A DNA stretch of 41,230 nt from Synechococcus sp. (GTDB taxonomy: Bacteria > Cyanobacteriota > Cyanobacteriia > Thermostichales > PCC-7336). Position 1 is the first letter of the stretch. Every line of letters starts with the position of its first letter. Under the pieces are notes generated by a model, which saw nothing but the letters and a program-made list of their open reading frames with translations, made no database searches and was not told the origin of the DNA. The translations under genes were made by a program, and so were the position numbers. Of this stretch, positions 18,916 through 27,366 are shown one piece after another. The stretch is taken from NCBI GenBank assembly GCA_051439425.1, contig JBFRWD010000163.1, positions 1 to 41,230 of the forward strand, read 5' to 3'.

Positions 18916-19986
18916 CTAGCCAAATCCTTTCCCTTGAGTGGTTTCCTTCCACACCAGTACCTCCCCTCGGCTACCACCAGCGGCAATCGCCCCTCCTGAA
19001 GGGTTCCAAGCGAGGCAAGAGAATCCGGCAGCGGCACCTTCAAGGACTTGGGTGAGGCGACTCGCTTTATGCCAAAGGCAAAGCCAGCCATCTTCGGCGA
19101 CGGAGGCCAGCAGGAGTGACTGGGGTTGGAACGCGATTGCTCTGACCATTCCTTGATGCAAGTCCAATACCTGGGCATTCCAGCCAACTGACGGGTCGCG
19201 GTCTTTTGTCCAGACAACAACGTCTTCACCACTGATAGAAGCTAAGAGGGGGGCATCACCAGTTTTTTTGCGCATTGACCAGGCAAGCTGCCGGATTTTG
19301 CCCGGAAAGCCCTGCATGCGCCAGGGGTGGGGATGGTCCTCCTCCCAAACCACGAGGGAGCGATCGTTACAACCAGAGGCAAGGTAGAAGCCATCGGTTG
19401 ACCAGGCGATCGCTCCACTGGCACCTCCGATCTCTTGCACGGTTGGGTCATCGTCCCAATCGCTTCGCTGCCAGGTTTGAATACTCTGATTTCCGCTGAG
19501 GGAGAGGCGATTGCCCTGCGGGTGCCATGCTAAATCGAGCACCGAGGAGAACTCGAAATTTAGGGTGGCGATAACCGATTGGGTGGCGGCATCCCACAGC
19601 TGGGCATAGCGCCCAAGGTTGAAGGCGAGTTCGGGATGTTGGGGATTCCATTGCAGGCGATCGATCCAAGCACGCTCATGCTCTAGAGTTGCGAGCAAGA
19701 TGGGTGTACTGCCATCCAGTCGCCAGATCCACACGGTTCCCGACTGACCCCCTGCCGCCAGAAAAGCACCATTGGCGGATATTGCCAATGCATCCACCGA
19801 TTCTCCCTGCGCCACCTGCAACAGGGTCATTTCACCCGTATTCTTGTCGAACCGCGCCACCTCTCCTGCGGCGGAACTGGCGAACAGCCATGCTCCGTCC
19901 GGTGACCAGGCGATCGCCGTCACGTAATCCGACAATGTCGTGTTCCACAGGGGTTTGAAAAGTTTCTGTCTATTAGATTTCGGCAT
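18916..19986 (-). CDS. WD40-repeat protein (start ATG 19986 or TTG 19995)
   Basis: Repeated AWSPDG/WNPQ/WHPQG/WSTDG/FQPQ blades; directly downstream of cobW. Confidence 0.9.
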   Translation of the reverse strand: MPKSNRQKLFKPLWNTTLSDYVTAIAWSPDGAWLFASSAAGEVARFDKNTGEMTLLQVAQGESVDALAISANGAFLAAGGQSGTVWIWRLDGSTPILLATLEHERAWIDRLQWNPQHPELAFNLGRYAQLWDAATQSVIATLNFEFSSVLDLAWHPQGNRLSLSGNQSIQTWQRSDWDDDPTVQEIGGASGAIAWSTDGFYLASGCNDRSLVVWEEDHPHPWRMQGFPGKIRQLAWSMRKKTGDAPLLASISGEDVVVWTKDRDPSVGWNAQVLDLHQGMVRAIAFQPQSLLLASVAEDGWLCLWHKASRLTQVLEGAAAGFSCLAWNPSGGAIAAGGSRGEVLVWKETTQGKGFG

Positions 19987-20082
19987 GGGCGGCAATCACA
20001 AGTCTTCTACCCCCAGGATTGTTGCTGGGTTAGGTATCGCTCTAAAGCACCATTTGGGACCTATCTAAGATTCCAAATGGCA

Positions 20083-21069
20083 TTAATAGCTCACCACACA
20101 AGCCCGAAAGTCTTCCGCCAGGTTCATTTGCTCTAGATCGCGACCGATGAAAACCAGTTCATTCTTGCGGGACTCGTCCGGTTTCCAGGGACGATCCTGA
20201 CGACCATCAAACAGCATGTGCACCCCCTGAAAAACGAAGCGGTGGTCTTCTCCGGCAATGTTGAGGATGCCTTTCATCCGAAAAATATTTGGACCATGTT
20301 CGCGTAGGAGTTGGCTGAGCCAATCGTTGAGCTTATCGCCATCCAGTTCCCCCGACTCAACCAGGGCCACAGACCCCACGGTTTCGTCATGCTCGTGCGC
20401 TGCTTCGTTGAGAAACTCAGGGTCGATTTGCAGTGCGTTATTCAAGTCAAACGCTTGAACTCCCAACAGGGCATCCATTTCGATTTGCGCGTCGCGGGTG
20501 CGGTGGATTTTAGCAATCGCATTCATCCCACGAATCCGCTGCTCCAGTTGAGCTAGCTCTTCCTCCGTCACGAGGTCAACCTTATTCAGCAAAATCACAT
20601 CGGCAAAAGCAATTTGCTCCACGGCTTCTTCCGCTTCCCAGTGCTGCCAAATGTGACGGGCGTCTACCACAGTCACCACAGCATCCAACTGAGCTTTTGC
20701 CTGTACCTCGTCATCCATAAAGAAGGTCTGAATGACTGGAGCTGGGTCTGCCAACCCTGTCGTTTCAATCACTATATTATAGAACTTGTCGCGCCGCTTC
20801 ATTAAGTTTCCAATGATTCGAATCAGGTCGCCTCTCACCGTGCAACAGATGCAGCCGTTATTCATCTCAAAAATTTCTTCATCCGCATCCACCACCAACT
20901 GGTTGTCGATACCCACTTCGCCAAATTCATTCACAATGACCGCCACCTTCTTGCCATGTTCGTAAGTCAGGATGCGGTTCAATAACGTTGTTTTCCCAGC
21001 TCCTAGGTAGCCAGTAAGCACGGTCACAGGCACCGTTGTGTTGTCGGTGGGATTGATGGCCGCAACCAT
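20083..21069 (-). CDS. COG0523/CobW-family GTPase without His-rich insert
   Basis: GYLGAGKTT, NEFG, GCICC, ETTGLADP, RMKG, QGVH; AGGAG RBS before ATG 21069. Confidence 0.95.
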   Translation of the reverse strand: MVAAINPTDNTTVPVTVLTGYLGAGKTTLLNRILTYEHGKKVAVIVNEFGEVGIDNQLVVDADEEIFEMNNGCICCTVRGDLIRIIGNLMKRRDKFYNIVIETTGLADPAPVIQTFFMDDEVQAKAQLDAVVTVVDARHIWQHWEAEEAVEQIAFADVILLNKVDLVTEEELAQLEQRIRGMNAIAKIHRTRDAQIEMDALLGVQAFDLNNALQIDPEFLNEAAHEHDETVGSVALVESGELDGDKLNDWLSQLLREHGPNIFRMKGILNIAGEDHRFVFQGVHMLFDGRQDRPWKPDESRKNELVFIGRDLEQMNLAEDFRACVVSY

Positions 21070-21092
21070 ATGCAACTCCTAAAGGTTGGCGA

Positions 21093-21117
21093 ATGAGATT
21101 GATACTCACTATCTCAT
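21093..21117 (-). promoter_or_regulatory. Candidate cyanobacterial-type Zur box upstream of cobW-WD40
   Basis: ATGAGATTGATACTCACTATCTCAT contains TGAGATT-G-ATACTCA, a 7-1-7 near-palindrome resembling TGA(T/G)AAT-n-ATT(A/C)TCA. Confidence 0.55.
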
Positions 21118-21227
21118 CCAACCGAGTAGGTTGACCCAACCCTTTGTTAAATTGCAAGCATTTTAATTTCAATGAGTTCACGCTAAAAAGCGCTACCGTA
21201 ACCAAATTCTGTATCAGGCTATTTTTC

Positions 21228-22142
21228 TCAGGTTTGGAAAAACTCTAGAGCAATATGACCCACATCAGCCGCATATTCTTCATATACCCCCAAGGTGCCG
21301 GAGACGCGCTGTTCTTGAATATGGGGCAGTGCTGTCAGGGCTTCCATCTCTGCTTTGGATTTTGGGGGAGCTTGCTCCGGGACGATCGCTTGCACGGGCA
21401 TGGAGAGCGATCGCCCCACCTCCAGCCATTCCTCCCGATCGCTCATTGGATCTAAACCCGCCGTGACAAAGGCGGCGGGGGCAAACCGGGCACCGGGTTG
21501 CTGAGTGATTTGATGTTTTTGGGTTATGAAGTCTGGCGTCAGTTTCTCTCCATCGACATACACATGTCGCTGGTACATCCACTTCAAAAACGCGGGGTGA
21601 GTGTTAAGCGAATAAAGTACTTGTCCTAACAGGGGCGATCGCACCAGATTTCTAGCTCCGTTAGCCACAACACTCGGTGCCCCCATCGCTTTGAAGGGAC
21701 CTTTCCAGGTGGGAGCAACGAGCAACAGCTTCGAGCACAGGCCGGGCTGACGGTGGGCTAGGTGAATGGCATACCCTGCCGCATGGCCAGCAGCGACTAT
21801 TGCCAGAGGATGAGGGCAGCAATCGCGCACAAAATCTTGAAGTAACTGCTCGTAGAGCGAGCGATCGTAGTGGACTCGGGGGCGATCAGACTCTCCAAAC
21901 CCTAACCAGTCCAGAGCAATCACTTGAAAGTGAGGGGAGAGAATCTGGGCAATGCCTGCTAGTTCGGTGCGGCTGGAAACAGTGCTGAAGGCAGGCAGCA
22001 ATAACACCGGAGAGCCTTGTCCTAGGATTTCATAGGCAATACTGAGCGATTGCCCTTGGTAGAGCCAGCTATAGGACTGGCGTTGAATGCTGATGGAAGT
22101 CAGAGAGGCCATTGGCTCTACCATTTTGAACTCCATAAACAA
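21228..22142 (-). CDS. Alpha/beta-fold hydrolase-like protein (cyanobacterial type; start uncertain)
   Basis: PVLLLPAFSTVSS, ALDWLGFGESDRP, AAGHAAGY in place of GxSxG. Confidence 0.85.
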   Translation of the reverse strand: MFMEFKMVEPMASLTSISIQRQSYSWLYQGQSLSIAYEILGQGSPVLLLPAFSTVSSRTELAGIAQILSPHFQVIALDWLGFGESDRPRVHYDRSLYEQLLQDFVRDCCPHPLAIVAAGHAAGYAIHLAHRQPGLCSKLLLVAPTWKGPFKAMGAPSVVANGARNLVRSPLLGQVLYSLNTHPAFLKWMYQRHVYVDGEKLTPDFITQKHQITQQPGARFAPAAFVTAGLDPMSDREEWLEVGRSLSMPVQAIVPEQAPPKSKAEMEALTALPHIQEQRVSGTLGVYEEYAADVGHIALEFFQT

Positions 22143-22229
22143 TGTTCAGAGACTATATTCAAGACTGGGACAGCCTCTAGGCAAATTGGAACTAGTGTTC
22201 GCTCAGAGGTAGTAAGGAACATTTAGAGA

Positions 22230-22260
22230 TTGACACGTAGAAGGTAGGTTATAACATAAC
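22230..22260 (+). promoter_or_regulatory. Promoter with proteobacterial-type Zur box (copy 2)
   Basis: TTGACA 22230-22235; GTTAT-AAC-ATAAC 22248-22260; same spacing as copy 1. Confidence 0.8.
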
Positions 22261-22298
22261 GAATGCATGCCGTTCATTGCTCAAATAGCAAGGTAAAT

Positions 22299-22700
22299 AT
22301 GGGTAGGCGAGCAAACACAACACAATCGAAGGTATTAGCGGTTCTGCGCAGTCATCACGCCCCACTGTCGGCCTATGACGTGATCGGGGAGTTGCGTCAG
22401 GTCAGTCCAAAAATTGCGCCGCCAACAGTTTACCGGGCACTGGAAGCATTGGCCGGACGAGGGCTAGTTCATCGTCTTGAGTCGCTGAAGGCCTTCATCG
22501 CCTGCCAGTATGACAGGCGTCAGCATGCGTCGATCTTCGCAATTTGCAATAACTGTGGCGCGGTGGAAGAGAGCTTAGCACCTGACTTGTTCGAGGAGCT
22601 TTCCCGCGTTGCGGGGCAATCCGGATTCACCTCGACGCGCCACGTCATCGAACTCCACGGCCTTTGCGCCTCATGTCAAACGGGAGACATCTCGACATGA
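22299..22700 (+). CDS. zur: Zur, proteobacterial type (copy 2)
   Basis: About 83% aa identical to copy 1 by manual alignment (111/134); heads the Zn ABC operon. Confidence 0.9.
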   Translation: MGRRANTTQSKVLAVLRSHHAPLSAYDVIGELRQVSPKIAPPTVYRALEALAGRGLVHRLESLKAFIACQYDRRQHASIFAICNNCGAVEESLAPDLFEELSRVAGQSGFTSTRHVIELHGLCASCQTGDIST

Positions 22701-22831
22701 ATGGACCTCGCAGACAAAGTCTGAGGCTTCTGATGCTTGGGGCTAGCCACCGGATGCTCGGTGCGTCACTGGTTGTAGCAGCGCTCTGGGCTGGGTTTTA
22801 CTGGGCGACCTCCATGTCGGGGGGACGATGA
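22697..22831 (+). CDS. 44-aa small membrane protein, below the ORF-track cutoff
   Basis: MNGPRRQSLRLLMLGASHRMLGASLVVAALWAGFYWATSMSGGR*; ATGA overlaps with both the zur stop and the znuC start. Confidence 0.8.
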   Translation: MNGPRRQSLRLLMLGASHRMLGASLVVAALWAGFYWATSMSGGR

Positions 22832-23568
22832 ACCACGCCATCGCATTCAAAAACCTCACGCTGGGTTACGATCACCAGCCGGCCGTAATTCAACTTCAAA
22901 CCGAAATTACTGAAGGTAGCCTGACCGCCATTGTCGGACCGAACGGCGCAGGCAAATCCACCATGTTGAAAGGTATTGTCGGCACGCTTTCGCCGCTCTC
23001 CGGGCAGGTGTCCTTCGGGACGATCGATCGCGCCAATATTGCCTATCTGCCACAACAATCAGAGGTCGATCGCGCCTTCCCAATGTCCGTGGTCGATCTC
23101 GTCGCGATGGGGCTCTGGCGTGAGGTTGGCCCCTTCGGCAGCCTCGGACGCACCTACCAGGCGCGCATTGCCGAAGCAATCTCGGCTGTGGGGTTGGAGG
23201 GCTTTGAGGCGCGCGCCATCGGAGCATTGTCTGGCGGGCAACTGCAGCGCGCTCTTTTCGCTCGTCTCTTGCTGCAGGATGCGAGTCTCGTGTTGCTCGA
23301 CGAACCCTTCACCGCGATTGATGCCCGCACGATGGTCGACTTGATCGGCGTTGTCACTCGCTGGCACGGTGAGGGGCGTACGATTCTAGCCGTGCTGCAT
23401 GACTTCGATCTAGTTCGCGCACATTTTCCCCGAACGCTGATGCTGGCACGCAAACTTGTCGCCCACGGGCCAACAGAAGCCGTTCTTACCGCTGAGAACC
23501 AGTTCCGCGCCCGCCAAATGTGCGAAGCCTGCGACGGTCCGCCGCATACGTGCGGTAGGAGTGCCTAA
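22828..23568 (+). CDS. znuC: Zn/Mn ABC transporter ATPase (ZnuC/AztA-like)
   Basis: GPNGAGKST, YLPQ, LSGGQLQR, LLDEPF; C-terminal CEACDGPPHTC. Confidence 0.88.
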   Translation: MNHAIAFKNLTLGYDHQPAVIQLQTEITEGSLTAIVGPNGAGKSTMLKGIVGTLSPLSGQVSFGTIDRANIAYLPQQSEVDRAFPMSVVDLVAMGLWREVGPFGSLGRTYQARIAEAISAVGLEGFEARAIGALSGGQLQRALFARLLLQDASLVLLDEPFTAIDARTMVDLIGVVTRWHGEGRTILAVLHDFDLVRAHFPRTLMLARKLVAHGPTEAVLTAENQFRARQMCEACDGPPHTCGRSA

Positions 23569-24443
23569 TGATTTGGGAAGCTCTTATTACCCCCTTCGCC
23601 GATTTCGGCTTCATGCGGCGCGCCCTGCTCGGCTGCATCGCGCTCTCGGTCAGTTCCACGCCAGTGGGCGCCTTCCTGATGCTTCGGCGCATGAGTTTGA
23701 CCGGGGATGCCATGGCGCACGCAATCTTACCCGGCGCCGCTGTTGGCTATCTTGTGGCGGGCCTCTCGCTCGGCGCCATGACGACTGGCGGGGTAATTGC
23801 CGGCATGGCAGTAGCGTTGCTGTCGGGCTTTGTCTCGCGCGCGACTGCGCTGCGTGAGGATGCCAGCCTTGCCGCCTTCTACCTGATCTCGCTTGCGCTC
23901 GGTGTGCTGATCGTCTCGACCCGAGGCAGCAATGTGGATTTGATGCACATACTCTTTGGCACGGTACTGGCACTCAATGACGCAGCGTTGATCCTGCTTT
24001 GCTCGATCGCGAGCCTCACCATTTTCACTCTTGCACTTTTTTTCCGACTGCTGGCGATCGAATGCGCCGATCCACAATTCCTGCGCTCTGTGAGTGGGCT
24101 CAGTGCGGTAACGCATTTCACCTTTCTCACGCTGGTCGTGCTAAACCTTGTCGGCGGTTTCCACGCCCTCGGCACGTTGATGGCAGTCGGAATCATGATT
24201 CTGCCTGCCGTGGCGGCGCGGTTTTGGAGCGCCAGCATTGGCGGACTGATCGGGGTGGGTGTGGCTGTTGCCATGCTTTCAAGCCTGAGCGGCCTGTTGC
24301 TCTCCTTCCATTACAGCCTGCCGTCCGGGCCGGCGATCGTCCTCATGGCGGGTATTGCCTACGGGGTGTCGCTGGTGCTCGGACCAAATGGCGGCCTTGT
24401 CGCGCGCAGACTCTCCCCTCGCCCTCAACGAAATCTAAATTGA
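23568..24443 (+). CDS. znuB: Zn/Mn ABC transporter permease (ZnuB/AztB-like)
   Basis: FMRRAL, RRMSLTGDAMAHAILPG, DLMHILFG, LPSGPAIV. Confidence 0.9.
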   Translation: MIWEALITPFADFGFMRRALLGCIALSVSSTPVGAFLMLRRMSLTGDAMAHAILPGAAVGYLVAGLSLGAMTTGGVIAGMAVALLSGFVSRATALREDASLAAFYLISLALGVLIVSTRGSNVDLMHILFGTVLALNDAALILLCSIASLTIFTLALFFRLLAIECADPQFLRSVSGLSAVTHFTFLTLVVLNLVGGFHALGTLMAVGIMILPAVAARFWSASIGGLIGVGVAVAMLSSLSGLLLSFHYSLPSGPAIVLMAGIAYGVSLVLGPNGGLVARRLSPRPQRNLN

Positions 24444-24462
24444 AACCTCTAAAGAGACCATC

Positions 24463-25521
24463 ATGACTACTCGCAAAAAAATCCTACTAAAAACTGCAGC
24501 TGCCTTTGTAGCCTCGTGCTTCGTCGCCCCAATAACAGCACTGGCAGACGAGCCAATCCCCGTGGTTGCCACGTTCTCCATTCTGGGCGACATGGTGGAA
24601 CGCATTGGCGATGAGCACGTGGCCGTGACAACGCTAGTTGGCCCCGGAGGTGACGCTCATGTTTACCAGCCAACCCCGGCTGACGCCCAGGCCGTGCAAG
24701 GTGCTGAGGTTATGGTTGTCAACGGCCTAGAATTCGAGGGATGGCTTGACCGTCTTGCAGAAGCAGCGGAGTTTGACGGCGCGTTGGCCGTAGCTACCAC
24801 CGGAGTTGATGCGATCTCCTCAGAAGATGAGCACGGTGATGAGCACGACGAGCATGCCGAAGAAGACCATCATGACGAGGATGGTGAATTACACACCGAA
24901 GAAGACCATCATGACGAGCACGAGGAAGACCATCATGACGAGGATGGTGAGTTACATGCCGAAGAAGACCATCATGACGAGCACGAGCACGGTGCCTTTG
25001 ACCCTCATGCTTGGTTGAGTCTGGAGAACGCTGTAATTTACGTCGATAACATCACCGCTGCTCTTGCTAAGGCAGATCCCGAGAATGCTGACATCTTTTA
25101 TGAAAACCGCGCGGCCTATGTGGAGGAGATTGAAGCCCTCGACGCAGATATCCGTGCCATGATCTCTGCCTTGCCCGAGGACAGGCGCACTGTCGTTACC
25201 TCTCATGACGCGTTCCAATACTTCGGCAGCGAGTACGGCGTGATGTTCCTTGCGCCGCAGGGTATTAGTACCGAAAGCGAGGCTTCGGCGCAGGACGTGG
25301 CCCGTCTGATCGAGCAGATGCGTGCTGACGATATCCCCGCAGTATTTATGGAAAACGTTGCCGACCCGCGTTTGTTAGAACAGATTGCGGACGAAACCGG
25401 CGCTAGCATCGGCGGAACGCTCTATCCTGAAGCGCTTTCTGAGGCGGACGGTCCAGCTGCAACCTACCTCGATCTGATGCTCCATAACGCTACGACTCTG
25501 TCCACAGCGCTCGGATCGTGA
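24463..25521 (+). CDS. znuA: Zn ABC transporter substrate-binding protein with His/acidic loop
   Basis: Signal peptide, VVATFSILGD, DAHVYQPTP, NGLEFEGW, DPHAW, TSHDAFQYF. Confidence 0.92.
   Translation: MTTRKKILLKTAAAFVASCFVAPITALADEPIPVVATFSILGDMVERIGDEHVAVTTLVGPGGDAHVYQPTPADAQAVQGAEVMVVNGLEFEGWLDRLAEAAEFDGALAVATTGVDAISSEDEHGDEHDEHAEEDHHDEDGELHTEEDHHDEHEEDHHDEDGELHAEEDHHDEHEHGAFDPHAWLSLENAVIYVDNITAALAKADPENADIFYENRAAYVEEIEALDADIRAMISALPEDRRTVVTSHDAFQYFGSEYGVMFLAPQGISTESEASAQDVARLIEQMRADDIPAVFMENVADPRLLEQIADETGASIGGTLYPEALSEADGPAATYLDLMLHNATTLSTALGS
24862..24987 (+). repeat. 63-bp tandem duplication in the ZnuA His loop
   Basis: Units 24862-24924 and 24925-24987; GAAGACCATCATGACGAG occurs four times (EDHHDE x4). 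Confidence 0.92.
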
Positions 25522-25560
25522 TCCCCGGCCACTTGGAGAAATAGCACTGCAATCTCAGGG

Positions 25561-25598
25561 ACCCTCCCCAACCCTTCTCCCAATATGGGAGAAGGGGG
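25561..25598. repeat. REP-like short palindromic element
   Basis: ACCCTCCCCAA then CCCTTCTCCCA-ATA-TGGGAGAAGGG hairpin, between convergent genes. Confidence 0.6.
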
Positions 25599-25658
25599 CA
25601 AGAGATTCAGCCTAAGAATTGCGTTACGCTCTAAGGCAAATATTCCGATTGAGCCACG

Positions 25659-25686
25659 ACTCCCACCAGGATTTTTCCGTGGGAGT
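25659..25686 (-). terminator. Stem-loop right after the protease stop
   Basis: ACTCCCAC...GTGGGAGT. Confidence 0.5.
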
Positions 25687-25687
25687 A

Positions 25688-27034
25688 TCAAGCATATTCA
25701 AACGCAGAACTATTCAATCCCTGATTGCCCAAACCATTAATGACGGCAATGAGTTCGTCCCTCTGGCCACCTGGCTTATCAATGAAGAGACCTCTTCCGT
25801 TAGGCGCTCCTTGGGGCACGCTACCTAAGCGATACTTAAAATTACCGCTAAGTTGAATGACATCTCCCTGGGAGCGGTTGAAGTCTCTCACATGTGCGAA
25901 ATCATTTGTACCGGTGGTGCTTGACTTGCCATCGTCATAGAACGATCGGCCCTTGTTGCCGAGCATAAATCTATCTTTGCCCCACCCACCTCGCATAACA
26001 TCTTTCTCCCCTCGACCATTCCAGGTTCCCACTAATCGATCGTTGCCAGCCCCGCCATCCAACGTATCGGAGCCAGGGCCACCAAACAGCGAGTCGTTCC
26101 CGCCTTTGCCTTGCAAGTTGTCGTTGCCCTGGCGGCCATAGAGCTGTTGATTGGAATTACTGCCAATCAGGCGATCGTTTTGACGAGTCCCATTGAGGGT
26201 CGATTGGTTGTTTGGATTGGCAGGAGGCTTTGGCGAAGAACCTAAAGGCTTAACCGAGCCTCTCCCCGAGCCATAGGCTCTCCGAAGAGTTTGAATATCG
26301 TCTGCCAACAAATCCGCAGCATTAATTCCCGAAAAGCGGTTCTTGATCGTTGGATTCATGATGGCGTCCACACCTCCAACATGATTCAGACCCAGAGCAT
26401 GTCCAAGCTCGTGCAGGACTGTCTCGACAAAGAGTCCTGGTCTCCAGTTTTCGTTGTCAAAATACATATCCCCTCCGATGGATACAGATTCCGCAGGGAA
26501 ATATGCTCTGGCAAGCGTTCCGCCATTGCCGTCGATGGTGTCGCGATGAAATCGCAGCTTAGGTTCGTTACCGGCACGCGTAAACTCACCATTGCGCGCC
26601 CTCGTGAGTAAGACTTTACCGCTGGCCCCAGAATCGGCCCTTTCGACAAAATCAATGGGAACGTACTTTGCAACAACCGAGAAGGCCTTTTCGACAGAGG
26701 CCCTGATTTCAGACTTCGATAATCCCTTAATACCGTTTAAAAAACCGTCGGAAAGACTGTATGTCAAGGTAAATTTCTTACCCTTCCCTCCAGGCTGGTT
26801 CCACAGGGTACGAAACGAACCGCTTTCAGAAGCAGGATTATTCCCAAGAGTCGATAATTCCTTTTCCCCTCGGGCACAACAGGAGTTGCAGCCGCATCCA
26901 AGGCTATGACTAGAAAGGCTAATAGACTTAGGAATTCTCCCTGAAGATTTCTTGAGCACTTCCACAGACTGACCTTCTCTCAAACTCCACTCCCTGGCAC
27001 AAACTCTGCAACTTACGAACGCAGATCGGCTCAA
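25688..27034 (-). CDS. M10 (matrixin/serralysin-like) Zn metallopeptidase with RTX Ca-binding repeats (start uncertain)
   Basis: DG.GGTLARAYFP, GD.YFD..E.W, HELGHALGLNH, Met-turn AIMNP, GGxGxD repeats. Confidence 0.9.
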   Translation of the reverse strand: MSRSAFVSCRVCAREWSLREGQSVEVLKKSSGRIPKSISLSSHSLGCGCNSCCARGEKELSTLGNNPASESGSFRTLWNQPGGKGKKFTLTYSLSDGFLNGIKGLSKSEIRASVEKAFSVVAKYVPIDFVERADSGASGKVLLTRARNGEFTRAGNEPKLRFHRDTIDGNGGTLARAYFPAESVSIGGDMYFDNENWRPGLFVETVLHELGHALGLNHVGGVDAIMNPTIKNRFSGINAADLLADDIQTLRRAYGSGRGSVKPLGSSPKPPANPNNQSTLNGTRQNDRLIGSNSNQQLYGRQGNDNLQGKGGNDSLFGGPGSDTLDGGAGNDRLVGTWNGRGEKDVMRGGWGKDRFMLGNKGRSFYDDGKSSTTGTNDFAHVRDFNRSQGDVIQLSGNFKYRLGSVPQGAPNGRGLFIDKPGGQRDELIAVINGLGNQGLNSSAFEYA

Positions 27035-27325
27035 CTGCTTGGGAAACTGCAGTCAAAAATGAAGTCTGGGTTCGTTTTGAAAATTAATCTTAAGAAGTAA
27101 AACAAATGCAAAGGCACAGATCCGTTGAAATAAAGACACCCGAACCAATCTGCAGGTAAGAGGGCCGTCCAGAGCACAAATCCCGACAACAATTTCTACC
27201 AAATTTGATGGCCGAGGCTTTCGCGGTCCGAAGCAAGGCTCGAATGACATCTCTCAGGGAAATTGGCGAAGTTCAACACAAGGTAACACTCAAGGTGAAG
27301 CGGAATGAGCTGTTCTTCGATTGAA

Positions 27326-27353
27326 GGAAGCAGTGTAACAGTTACACACTTCC
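27326..27353 (-). terminator. Hairpin downstream of the DUF937 gene
   Basis: GGAAG-ca-GTGTAAC-A-GTTACAC-a-CTTCC. Confidence 0.45.
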
Positions 27354-27366
27354 CGCGGAGACAGCA

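Larger units (their letters stand above)
22228..22837 (+). repeat. ~610 bp diverged direct repeat, copy 2
   Basis: Aligns with 1239-1849. Confidence 0.95.

Noticed and set aside
1239..22837. zur repeats as composite-transposon ends or att sites
   Set aside because: No transposase, integrase or terminal inverted repeats; copies are substantially diverged.
22907..24466. Many overlapping alternate-frame ORFs
   Set aside because: Expected shadows in GC-rich coding DNA of znuCB.
24853..24990. Repeat array as CRISPR
   Set aside because: In-frame coding repeats without unique spacers; no cas genes.
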